Below are positions 1 through 9,060 of a stretch of 64,000 bases of DNA, in pieces. The notes beneath the pieces were generated by a model. The model was given only the letters and a program-made list of their open reading frames with translations, searched no databases and was not told the origin of the DNA. How positions within the stretch are numbered: the first letter of the stretch is position 1; every line of letters starts with the position of its first letter. The stretch is from Nitrosopumilus sp. (lineage in GTDB: Archaea; Thermoproteota; Nitrososphaeria; Nitrososphaerales; Nitrosopumilaceae): assembly GCA_965249555.1 (NCBI GenBank), contig OZ252243.1, forward strand, positions 576,001-640,000, given 5' to 3'. The translations under genes and the position numbers were made by a program.

Positions 1-752
1 AATACTGCAGTCATCTGAGTTCCACCTGCCAACATTACTTTAGAAACATCAGAAGCAGCACTGAGCATTCCTGCAACAAAAGGAATCATGGGATCCCCAA
101 CTTTTGCAACAATACTGTAAGGATGATCAGAGTCAATTCTATCAAGTGCAGAACTGACAATTTGGTTTTTTAATTCAACAGGATTGTTTGGAATACTGGA
201 ACTTACTTTAGCGTCAAAACCCAAAGCTCTCAATACGGCTAATGCAGTGGTAGTTCCACCAGGAATGCTCTCACCAATTATCAGACAATCAGTTAGAGAT
301 GCCATACTTCTTCCGACAATTCTACCATAATCGACAGCATGAGACACTTGAGAATCAGTCATAGCATCTTGATTTGAAATATTTTTTCCAAAAGATAATC
401 CTGTTTCAATGAAAGGTAATTGAGGAGAGATCTTACTACCAGCATTAATTGTTAAATGAGGAATACTAGATGATTCCAAGGCAGTTTTTGTCAATATCCC
501 AGGGGTTGGCTTTCCATCAGGAGTCATTGGAATATCATCAATTGTTTTACAATATCCATAGTGCAGATATTCAGCATCAGCTGGGGGAGTAAACTGTATT
601 GAATTCTTGTCTGCACCTGCAAAGGTAATTCCGGGAACTTCACAAGTTTCAGTATATGAAATTACAAAAGAAAAAAGAAATCTTCCAGATTTAATAGTGT
701 CTAGAAAATTTTGAGCCTTTTCAACATTACCAAACAGTTCAAAATTTTCCAA
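1..752 (-). CDS. cobT: Nicotinate-nucleotide-dimethylbenzimidazole phosphoribosyltransferase, archaeal CobT-like (3' end outside window)
   Basis: Manual minus-strand translation from TTG at 752: MENFELFGN...FSFVISYTETCEVPGITFAG...TPPADAEYL...IGESIPGGTTTALAVL...VGDPMIP. These motifs match archaeal CobT. Confidence 0.8.
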   Translation of the reverse strand, partial: MENFELFGNVEKAQNFLDTIKSGRFLFSFVISYTETCEVPGITFAGADKNSIQFTPPADAEYLHYGYCKTIDDIPMTPDGKPTPGILTKTALESSSIPHLTINAGSKISPQLPFIETGLSFGKNISNQDAMTDSQVSHAVDYGRIVGRSMASLTDCLIIGESIPGGTTTALAVLRALGFDAKVSSSIPNNPVELKNQIVSSALDRIDSDHPYSIVAKVGDPMIPFVAGMLSAASDVSKVMLAGGTQMTAV

Positions 753-757
753 AAAAT

Positions 758-1369
758 TCACTGGTCCATCATTTCAAGGAACTGTTGTTCGGTTCGTTTT
801 TGCATTACAGGATTGGTAGTTTTTTCTTCTCCAATAGTTGATATTTCAGAATGGCCATAATTGTGCCCAGAATACAATACCAAATTATCATCTAAGGAAT
901 GGAGAACATCAAAAAGACTATGATAAAGCTCTTTTGCACTTCCACCAGGTAAATCAATTCTACCACAATTTCCAACAAACAATGTGTCACCTGAGAAAAT
1001 TTTGCCATCACCAATTAGACAGATGCTGTCTTTGGAATGACCAGGAGTATGTAGAACTTTTAATTTTGAATTGCCAAATTCGATATAATCTCCATCCTTT
1101 ACTGTAATGTCGTGTTTTAATTCAGAAGATTCATGCTGAATGATAGGAGCTTTGGTTGATTCAGCCATTGCTTCATTTCCTTGGGTATGATCAAAATGAT
1201 GATGTGTATTTACAATGTATTTAATTTTCAAATTATTTCTTTTTATGATCATTTCTAATTCCATTAGATCCCAGGACGGATCAATGAGAATTGCTTCACT
1301 GGTATCATCATCTTCAACAATGTAGGTAAAGTTTTGCATATTTCCAACTTGGATTTGGTGGACTTTCAT
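758..1369 (-). CDS. Metallo-beta-lactamase-fold hydrolase (glyoxalase II-like)
   Basis: THHHFDH, HTPGHS, FSGDTLF and GHNY motifs. Confidence 0.9.
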   Translation of the reverse strand: MKVHQIQVGNMQNFTYIVEDDDTSEAILIDPSWDLMELEMIIKRNNLKIKYIVNTHHHFDHTQGNEAMAESTKAPIIQHESSELKHDITVKDGDYIEFGNSKLKVLHTPGHSKDSICLIGDGKIFSGDTLFVGNCGRIDLPGGSAKELYHSLFDVLHSLDDNLVLYSGHNYGHSEISTIGEEKTTNPVMQKRTEQQFLEMMDQ

Positions 1370-2010
1370 AGGATATCCTCTTCAGCTTCAGGAGGAATTC
1401 CAATTTTTTCTGCATATAATTCTCCTGTCAAGTCTTTTCTTTTTGGGATTCCTTGTTTCATTTTATGAAATGTAACTGTCATGTCACATTTTGTGTAGAT
1501 GTTTGCAGTCTCTCCTGTTTGTGGATCTAATCCAGATGGCACATCTACTGCAAACTTGTAGCAATCTGTTTGATTGATGTAATTAATTGCAGATGCATAT
1601 GGCTCTCGAATCTCGCCAGTTATACCAGTACCTAAGATACCATCAACTATTACATCTGGTTTGAAATCAAAGTCAAAATCTCCTGACACTAGTTTCACAG
1701 ATGGCATTTTCTGCAAGATAGACCAATTCCAATTACTTTCCTCGGTTTTGATTTTATCAGGAGTGCCAAGAAGTATTACTGTAACTTTTGCATTGTAACC
1801 AGCTAAATGTCTTGCCATTACCAAACCATCACCGCCATTATTTCCCAATCCTGCAAAAATCAGAATATTTTTAGAGTCTACATTTCCAAGTTTGTCAACT
1901 AGTCGTCTAACTGATGCAGCACCTGCATTTTCCATCATGAACTTTTTTAAAAATCCCATGTCATGACCTTTGTTTTCAATTCGATACATTTGATCTACAG
2001 TAATTTCCAT
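1366..2010 (-). CDS. nnrE: NAD(P)H-hydrate epimerase (YjeF_N)
   Basis: MENAG, GLGNNGGDG, DGILGTG and AVDVPSG motifs. Confidence 0.92.
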   Translation of the reverse strand: MEITVDQMYRIENKGHDMGFLKKFMMENAGAASVRRLVDKLGNVDSKNILIFAGLGNNGGDGLVMARHLAGYNAKVTVILLGTPDKIKTEESNWNWSILQKMPSVKLVSGDFDFDFKPDVIVDGILGTGITGEIREPYASAINYINQTDCYKFAVDVPSGLDPQTGETANIYTKCDMTVTFHKMKQGIPKRKDLTGELYAEKIGIPPEAEEDIL

Positions 2011-2094
2011 GATTTACAAGAAAATCATATCCAAAATAAGAGTTGCGAAAATTTGACAGACAAGTTATATTCCTAGTTTGCTTTTTGGGACTCC

Positions 2095-3552
2095 GTGTTA
2101 AAACAATACTATACAGTAGTAGAGGAGTTTGATTCTAAAAAGGATTATGGTATTGAGATTAGAGAACAATATGCTGAATGTCTTTCAGTTCTAAAGAAAG
2201 AACAAAAAGTAAATCCATTAGAGATTGCACAAAAATATCTTAATTCATTCACAAAAAAACCAAGAAAATTTGAAACCAACAAAGACATTGCGTATCACAG
2301 TTTTGGCATTGCAAATAAAATTGAAATGCTCAAAAAACTCCCAAAAATACAAAAAGATGTTGTAATGGCACCAGAACAATTCTACAAACTAGAAACCATT
2401 CATTATTTTATAAGACAACACCGTGGCTCTCGTTACAAAAACATCAAACCAAAAAATGACGCAGGAACTGCAAATGCTTACGGATACAAACTATGGCAGT
2501 TTAACAACTGGCTTGCAGGAAAAACATTCGAGTTTTACACACAAGTTCAGATTGGTGAGGACACATTTCGACGTAAAAAGAAGAAAATTCAGATTCAAGA
2601 CGTTGAACACCTATTGAAAATGTATCAAGAACCATTTAGTTCAAAGGCTGATTTTCTAAAGGTAATCAAGGAATACTTGATGGATTCAATTCATGAGGAA
2701 AAAAGAGCAACTGTAGGTGGAATATCTCCTCATTCTAGATGTGGAACTGGAGAATACGATCTCTTTGAATGTAAAAAACCTCAACTTGTTGAACATGGCG
2801 GTAATGTGAATGTCATTGACAGAGAACTTAATCTAAACTCTGATGATGTTGGAGTTAGTACCATAAACAAATCAGGACAACCTGTATCTTTGTCTGGAAG
2901 TAGTTTTTCATCTCCATTATTCATTAGAAGATTAATTGATCTTGAACGTGTATATAGAGATCGAATCTCAAATGTAGAAACTCTATTGGCAATATCTTAT
3001 CTTTCATGTACTAATAATATTTCAGATTGTGCAGGATATGGAGAACCTAAATCCTTTACTCACACTGATTACAATTCAACAGTCTATTTCGCTGAGGGGA
3101 TTATTGGTTTTACTCAAGTTGGAGATAATACTATGACCATGCCAATAAATGATATTATAATTTATGTTCCTGCTGGTGTGAGTGAAATTAAGTTTTGTCT
3201 AACTCATTCAGATAATTTCAACAAAGCTGTGATTCCAACACTTGAAACATATTTTGAAGTAAAAGCTAGGAAATTTGGCAATACTTCATTGATCCCTCCT
3301 GAAAATCAAGAAGAATTAACCAGTAAAACTAACGTTAAAATTCTAACATACAAGTTTGATTCTAAAAGCATGGAGTCAATGTGGACATTTTCTATACGAC
3401 CTAGAGTTACACACACTATCCTCACTGAAGATAAAAGAAGCATATCTGCACGCTTTGGTTGTGCAATTTTACTTACAGGAAAGTCAGATAGAAAATCATC
3501 AAAGCCTTTAACTCAAGAAATAATTGAAAATCGGGAGAGATTCTCATCATGA
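2095..3552 (+). CDS. Chimeric ORF: N-terminal part of a tyrosine-integrase-like protein (aa ~1-206) fused in frame to the C-terminal half of an S8 (Y4bN/IetS-like) serine peptidase
   Basis: The C-half has ISPHSRCG..KPQLVEHGGN..SGSSFSSP..GYGEP, an S8 pattern with only the catalytic-Ser motif. The N-half (GTANAYGYKLWQFNNWL..IKEYLMD..HEEKRAT) resembles thaumarchaeal integrase N-domains from recall and has no catalytic domain. Junction at about 2712. Confidence 0.6.
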   Translation: MLKQYYTVVEEFDSKKDYGIEIREQYAECLSVLKKEQKVNPLEIAQKYLNSFTKKPRKFETNKDIAYHSFGIANKIEMLKKLPKIQKDVVMAPEQFYKLETIHYFIRQHRGSRYKNIKPKNDAGTANAYGYKLWQFNNWLAGKTFEFYTQVQIGEDTFRRKKKKIQIQDVEHLLKMYQEPFSSKADFLKVIKEYLMDSIHEEKRATVGGISPHSRCGTGEYDLFECKKPQLVEHGGNVNVIDRELNLNSDDVGVSTINKSGQPVSLSGSSFSSPLFIRRLIDLERVYRDRISNVETLLAISYLSCTNNISDCAGYGEPKSFTHTDYNSTVYFAEGIIGFTQVGDNTMTMPINDIIIYVPAGVSEIKFCLTHSDNFNKAVIPTLETYFEVKARKFGNTSLIPPENQEELTSKTNVKILTYKFDSKSMESMWTFSIRPRVTHTILTEDKRSISARFGCAILLTGKSDRKSSKPLTQEIIENRERFSS

Positions 3553-4172
3553 TGGAACGAAGTATCTTAAGATCAAGCAAAAAAATAGGCAAGTATGAAG
3601 CCCCGATTATAGAAAAATTAGAACCTTTTTTTCAAAATCAAGGTTTTCAAGTTGTTCCTCATGCACGATTGAATATTTCATGGGGCAATATTATTTCTGA
3701 TATTGATTTGTTATTGATTAAAGAAAATAAAATTGGAATTGTGGAAGTAAAATCATCTCATGATAATTTGAAAAGAGCAAAAAAACAAATTTCAAATATC
3801 AAAGATTATGTTGATTTTGCATATATTGCCACTGATTTTAAACCAAGAAAATTACCTACTCCAATAGCTGGTTGGATTTTTGTTAAAGATGAAGTTACAA
3901 TAATGAAATATCCGCAAACTATTGACAACGAACCTTCTCATTATTCTGTTGGCTCTCTACCAAAAAAATGTCTTGAACGACACTTGGATCATAAGAATAT
4001 CTCACCAAAAGGTATGTCAAAATATGAAATAACTACCAATATCATGTCTCTTCCAATAAAAAATCTCAAGGATGAAGTAAAATCAATTGCTACTTGTGGT
4101 CAGGAGTGTGATGTTAACTGTCCTATTTGGAAATTTGAAAAACTTTTGATTCCTAAATTATTATCTGGATAG
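3549..4172 (+). CDS. PD-(D/E)xK nuclease, sce7726-like, with C-terminal Cys cluster
   Basis: E..DIDLL..IVEVKSSHDNLKRAKKQ..DFAYI and C-terminal CGQECDVNCP. ATGA overlap with the upstream ORF. Confidence 0.65.
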   Translation: MMERSILRSSKKIGKYEAPIIEKLEPFFQNQGFQVVPHARLNISWGNIISDIDLLLIKENKIGIVEVKSSHDNLKRAKKQISNIKDYVDFAYIATDFKPRKLPTPIAGWIFVKDEVTIMKYPQTIDNEPSHYSVGSLPKKCLERHLDHKNISPKGMSKYEITTNIMSLPIKNLKDEVKSIATCGQECDVNCPIWKFEKLLIPKLLSG

Positions 4173-4366
4173 ACTTCAATGTTCTAAAAAAAATTGTTAA
4201 TTTAGGCTAAAAAGCCACTAATTTAAAAAAATCCTGTTGTGAATATTTACGATATTAAGAGCTTTGAATCTACGAAATATGTCTAAAATAGGCGTAAAAT
4301 TGAATGGTTTGCCAATATGTTTAGAGTCTAAATTCTTCTAATTCAATAATTATTACAGGTTTTATT

Positions 4367-5038
4367 CTAATTTCTCTTTGGCAAGAATGGAATCAAAGCC
4401 CGTACAAACTCCATGACATTTTTAGTTTGAAAGTATACAGTTCCTGGACCAATAATTTCCATTACTAGTGCTTCGCCTCCAAATAGAGTTGTCTTGAAGC
4501 TTCCATGTTTTGTCACTCTATATCCTGCAGTAGCACTTAGTGCAACTAGTTGATAATTATCAAGAATCATTTTCTCACCATCTTTGAGTGTAGTTTTGAT
4601 AATTCCACCCCAAGCATTGACAAACATGTCGCCGTGACCTACTGTCTTTAGCATGAACATGTTTGTTCCAAAGATTCCTTTGGTGAATCCTTGCCATTTA
4701 GTATCGAGTGTTAGTTCACCAGTAGATCCTACAAATGCACCAGACTGTACAATAAATTCTTCTTCAACTTTTATAATTTCTATATCTCCAAGCATATTTC
4801 CAGTTAATCCTAGCTTTGCATTGTCTTCTTCTGCAATGAATTCATTTACAAAAAATGATTCTCCACCCAGAGCTGCAGCTTTTAGGGATTTAAGAAAGCC
4901 ACCCTTTCTCATTTTAGTTTCAGTTTTGATGTTACCTTTGATGTATACCATAGCTGCGGCTTCTGCAGTTACTTTTTCTCCTTGGTTTAGTGTAAATTCA
5001 ATTAACCCCATTGGATTTTTTAGAATCTCATATTCCAT
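4367..5038 (-). CDS. AIM24/TIGR00266 family protein
   Basis: AEAAAMV, LGGESFFVNEF, QSGAFV and LFGGEALV..GPGTVYFQT motifs. Confidence 0.9.
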   Translation of the reverse strand: MEYEILKNPMGLIEFTLNQGEKVTAEAAAMVYIKGNIKTETKMRKGGFLKSLKAAALGGESFFVNEFIAEEDNAKLGLTGNMLGDIEIIKVEEEFIVQSGAFVGSTGELTLDTKWQGFTKGIFGTNMFMLKTVGHGDMFVNAWGGIIKTTLKDGEKMILDNYQLVALSATAGYRVTKHGSFKTTLFGGEALVMEIIGPGTVYFQTKNVMEFVRALIPFLPKRN

Positions 5039-5202
5039 TGTAATTAATTCTCTCAGAAGTTAATAAAATGATCAGTGATATACACAAATCCCAAAAAGTC
5101 CATTAGTCCTGTAAAGCCTGGACGAGAAGGGGTGTTTTGGTTCATTATTGCTATACATCGTATAGAAAAGAGTTGGCTAATGCAATACATCAGGAACTAA
5201 CG

Positions 5203-5312
5203 TACTGCAGAAACACCAGGACCTTAAGGACTTGGCTATAATCTTGTGAGTATTACAATTGTAATACTAACAGATCCTAAGGACTTACTGCAGCACCAGA
5301 ACTAAGGACTTG
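5203..5312 (+). repeat. Degenerate short direct repeats
   Basis: TAAGGACTT at 5225, 5278 and 5303. Longer units TACTGCAGAAACACCAGGACCTTAAGGACTTG (5203) and TACTGCAGCACCAGAACTAAGGACTTG (5286). Confidence 0.55.
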
Positions 5313-5371
5313 CTCCCCTCAATTAATGAAATTTGTAAATCTAATTATAATCTAATTTTGAATCGAATTTA

Positions 5372-6103
5372 TTGAGTTTACCAGCAGAATTTGAAAAAGA
5401 AGAAGAAAAGCCTGTAAACAGATTGATAGTTTGTATTTCTGCAATGACTATTTTTGGATTATACTATACAATAAAATTTAAGAAAACTCTAAAATGGTTA
5501 AGCCTAGTTTTTAGTCCTTACGTTATACTATTTTTAGGATATGTGATATTAGAGTTATTATTCATTAGTGGTTTTGAAGTACAAGAAAGAGATTACCATA
5601 TGTTAGACGTGATAGGTGTTATTGTTCAACTTATAGTATTCATAGGCTCTATTAGTTTAATGTATGACTGGGCTTCTAAATACAATCTAAAGAATTTTGG
5701 GTATGAATCAAAGAAAGAATGGAAGATGAATAAAAGAAATACAGTAGTACAAAAAGAATTAAAAAAAGATAAAGAAGAAAAACCTGTAAACAGATTGATA
5801 GTTTGTATCTTATCACCAACTATTTTTGGATTTATCTATGCAGAGAAATTTAACAAAAATCTAAAATTTCTAATGTTATTATCAATTCCTTTTGTTTTTA
5901 CGTTCTTACTAGTACTTACATACGCTATTGGTGATTTTGAAATACAGGAACCAAGAAAAATATTAGGATTTGATAATAGTATTGTTATTGCATTACTGTT
6001 TGTTTTTCCAATTATATTCATGTATCGTTGGGCTTCTCAATACAATCTAAAGAATTTTGGATTTAAATCAAAGAGACAATGGAATAAAAATAGAGAATTA
6101 TAA
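5372..6103 (+). CDS. Membrane protein made of two tandem homologous ~120 aa modules
   Basis: EEKPVNRLIVCI...WAS(K/Q)YNLKNFG occurs twice, with near-identical DNA at the module ends and hydrophobic helices between. Confidence 0.75.
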   Translation: MSLPAEFEKEEEKPVNRLIVCISAMTIFGLYYTIKFKKTLKWLSLVFSPYVILFLGYVILELLFISGFEVQERDYHMLDVIGVIVQLIVFIGSISLMYDWASKYNLKNFGYESKKEWKMNKRNTVVQKELKKDKEEKPVNRLIVCILSPTIFGFIYAEKFNKNLKFLMLLSIPFVFTFLLVLTYAIGDFEIQEPRKILGFDNSIVIALLFVFPIIFMYRWASQYNLKNFGFKSKRQWNKNREL

Positions 6104-6207
6104 TTTTAGAAAAAAGGTATGGTTATTTGATAGAGATTGTTATGATTGTAAAAATCATCTATGACTAAAATTACAATTTCAACTAAAATTATTTTGTAGA
6201 ATTTGGA

Positions 6208-6324
6208 TTAATCTAAGTAATCATCATCAATGTAGTTAACGCATTTGTGGTTAGATAGTGCGTAATCAGAATAAAGAACCAATCCACATCTTACACATTT
6301 TTGAGCGTCTTCAAAGTGAATCAT
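6208..6324 (-). CDS. 38-aa zinc-finger microprotein (below ORF-track cutoff)
   Basis: Manual translation MIHFEDAQKCVRCGLVLYSDYALSNHKCVNYIDDDYLD*, with a CxxC-x12-HxC pattern. Confidence 0.5.
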   Translation of the reverse strand: MIHFEDAQKCVRCGLVLYSDYALSNHKCVNYIDDDYLD

Positions 6325-6384
6325 TCAATACACTTTGTTGAATCTTGTTTGTAAAAATTATTTAGCGTACCTATTGCTTCAGGA

Positions 6385-6950
6385 CTAATGAGTTAAGAGA
6401 TATTTGGCTAATGGAAAGATCTTTTGTGTTTCAATAGCTCTGATTTTCTTAATTACAATTCCATATTCCTCATAGATTTTTTTAACTTCATTCCCATCAA
6501 TCCAGCCAAATGCAATAAGATGATAAGGTTCTGTTGCGTTGTCGTGTGTTTATGGATCTTCTCTGAAATACCGTTTTTATGTGGCATCAAGTTGACGAAT
6601 CAACCATGTCAGTTTTTTTAGTTTTTACATAGTAAATCTGTATGCCATCGCTAAACAGGCTTGTTTTCTGTACTTTTTCTATTTCCGTTTTGGTAATGAT
6701 TGTTTTACCATCATCTAGATTGTACTTGTTATCAGATAATTCTAATACGGTGATAGGTTCGATTGGGGATTCTATCAAGGATTCCGTGACCTGTTTTATT
6801 GGATACATGATCATTTTTGAACCAAAATGCGTGTAAAATATCTGCAGATCCTTTTATTCCAACCTGTTTCTTTATTTTCCTGATCAGGCGTTTTAGAGAT
6901 TCAGGATCCTCAAACAGTGCAGAAGGAATCGAAAATACCACATGGGAAGC
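6385..6950 (-). pseudogene. Decayed rolling-circle replication initiator (HUH Rep, archaeal plasmid/pleolipovirus-like)
   Basis: Motifs occur in order across frames: SHVVFSIP..VGIKGSADILHAFWF (6947-6815), then PYHLIAFGW..YGIVIKKIR..AKYLLTH* (6528-6385), interrupted by stops and frameshifts. Confidence 0.6.
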
Positions 6951-7066
6951 CCTTTGGTGCTAGATTGACCAGAGTCTGATTTAGAAATACATTTTAGGTA
7001 AAAAATAATTTTTTGCTCATTAATTCGAATGATTTATCAACTACCTCCATCTAAAATTGCTAGACG

Positions 7067-8332
7067 ATGAGTTCTACAGGAAAAATAATAATAATTGCAA
7101 TGGTAGTTATCATAATTGTTATTGCATTAGGTGTTGTAGTTGGAGGCTCAGATACAGAGATTAACGAGTCTACAGATTCAACAGTTCAAGAAATTTCAGA
7201 ATTATCAGGTGTTGTTAACATAGGATTAATTTTACCACTTTCAGGGGATTTAGCTACTCATGGCTTGGAAAACTTGGAAGGCTCAAAATTTGGCGTAATT
7301 GAGTTTAACAAGCATTTAGAGGAAATAGGAGCTCCATGGACACTTAAAATGACTTCAGAGGATTCTGCTACCAACCCAGTAATTGCATTAGAAAAATTAA
7401 CTGCATTAAACGCTAAAGGAATTAAAATGGTAGTTGGTCCTGAAACTAGCTCTAACATTAGAAACATCAAAGGATATTCAGATTCAAACAACATGTTACT
7501 AGTAAGTTGTTGTTCATCAGCTCCGGCTTTGGCTATTCCAAATGACAGTGTGTATCGTCTAGTTCCAGATGATTCTAATCAAGGCACTGCACTTTCAAAG
7601 TTAATTCAACATGAAGGAATTGATGTGCTAGTTCCTGTTTGGAGAGGAGATACATGGGGTGACGGATTAAGTGCTGCTACTACTAGTTCATTTGAAAAAC
7701 GAGGCGGAATTATAGATGATGGTATTCGTTATAATCCAGAGTCCCCAGAATTTTCGGCATCAACATCATTACTAGCTGAAAAAATACAAGGATATGTAGA
7801 TGAGTATGGAAAAGACAAAGTTGCTATTGTATTTTTAGGATTTGCGGAAATTTTACAATTTACACAATCAGCAGCAGAGCATGAGGTTTTGGATGATGTG
7901 AGATGGTTTGGACCAGGAGCTAATACTAAAGAACATAAATTAATTGATGACCCAATCGGTTTTGAGTTTTCAACTAATGTTCAATTTACTACAGTTCAAT
8001 TTGCAGCATCAAAAAATCCAACCTATGACAAAGTACAAGCTCATCTAACTGAGACACTTGGAACAGAGCCCAACACATTTGTGCATTCTTCATATGATGC
8101 TGTTTGGATTATTGGTCTTGCAATTCTTGAAACTCAAAGTACAGATGTTACTGCAATAAAATCAGTAATTTCAGATGTTGCAGAAAACTACAGTGGTGCA
8201 ATTGGTCCCACAATACTCAATGATGCAGGGGATTTAGCTCAGGCTGACTATGAAATATGGGGAATTAGAGGTGGAGAATGGGTATTGTTAGGACAATATA
8301 CCCAGTCTACAGATTCTATATCACTAAATTAG
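7067..8332 (+). CDS. livK: Branched-chain amino acid-type ABC transporter substrate-binding protein, N-terminal membrane anchor
   Basis: IGLILPLSGDLA, VVGPETSS, YRLVPDD and SYDAVW motifs; adjacent to LivFGHM-like genes. Confidence 0.8.
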   Translation: MSSTGKIIIIAMVVIIIVIALGVVVGGSDTEINESTDSTVQEISELSGVVNIGLILPLSGDLATHGLENLEGSKFGVIEFNKHLEEIGAPWTLKMTSEDSATNPVIALEKLTALNAKGIKMVVGPETSSNIRNIKGYSDSNNMLLVSCCSSAPALAIPNDSVYRLVPDDSNQGTALSKLIQHEGIDVLVPVWRGDTWGDGLSAATTSSFEKRGGIIDDGIRYNPESPEFSASTSLLAEKIQGYVDEYGKDKVAIVFLGFAEILQFTQSAAEHEVLDDVRWFGPGANTKEHKLIDDPIGFEFSTNVQFTTVQFAASKNPTYDKVQAHLTETLGTEPNTFVHSSYDAVWIIGLAILETQSTDVTAIKSVISDVAENYSGAIGPTILNDAGDLAQADYEIWGIRGGEWVLLGQYTQSTDSISLN

Positions 8333-9060
8333 GAAATTCCCAAGTACAACTTTCCAAGTTCAGGATGAGCCAATAATTCATCAGGTTTTCCTTTGAATAC
8401 ACCCTTACCACCGGCAAAAAGATAAACAAAATCACCTAAAGCTAGAGCCCTTTTGACATTTTGCTCCACTAGAATAACAGTAATTCCAAAATCATCTCTA
8501 ATCTGTTTAATTTTTGAGAGTACCTCATTAGCTAGTTTTGGAGAAAGACTGGCAGTTGGTTCATCAAAGAGCATTACATTTGGCTGTCGTATCAAGGCCA
8601 TACCCATAGCAAGCATTTGACGTTCTCCACCGCTGAGTGTATTTGATTTTGATTTTTCATATTTTTTCAGTATAGGAAAGGTTTCAAATATTTCAGGCAT
8701 TCTCTGATACACAAGTTTTGAATTTAGGGTATAACTAGCCATAATGAGATTTTCCTTTATAGTAAGATTAGAAAATACATTATCCACTTGTGGAAGATAT
8801 GCAATTTTTTTTCTAGCAATTTCATGTGGTGCAAGACTTGTAATTTTTTCACCATTATAACTAATTTCTCCAGAATATACAGTACACAATCCAAAAATAC
8901 TTTTGAGCAAAGTACTTTTTCCACTTCCGTTTGGTCCCACTACTATAGTAATTTCTTTTTCTTTTGCATCAAAATCTACATCAAAAAGAATATGATTATT
9001 TACATATCCAGAGTTTAGGGCATTGATATGAATAGTTGAAGGAATAGTTTTTTGTGACAT
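8329..9060 (-). CDS. livF: Branched-chain amino acid ABC transporter ATPase
   Basis: GPNGSGKST, LSGGERQMLAMG, DEPTASLSP and LVEQN motifs. Confidence 0.9.
   Translation of the reverse strand: MSQKTIPSTIHINALNSGYVNNHILFDVDFDAKEKEITIVVGPNGSGKSTLLKSIFGLCTVYSGEISYNGEKITSLAPHEIARKKIAYLPQVDNVFSNLTIKENLIMASYTLNSKLVYQRMPEIFETFPILKKYEKSKSNTLSGGERQMLAMGMALIRQPNVMLFDEPTASLSPKLANEVLSKIKQIRDDFGITVILVEQNVKRALALGDFVYLFAGGKGVFKGKPDELLAHPELGKLYLGIS

Noticed and set aside
5203-5312. Possible mini-CRISPR array
   Set aside because: Units are short, unevenly spaced and unlike the I-G repeat at 63946.
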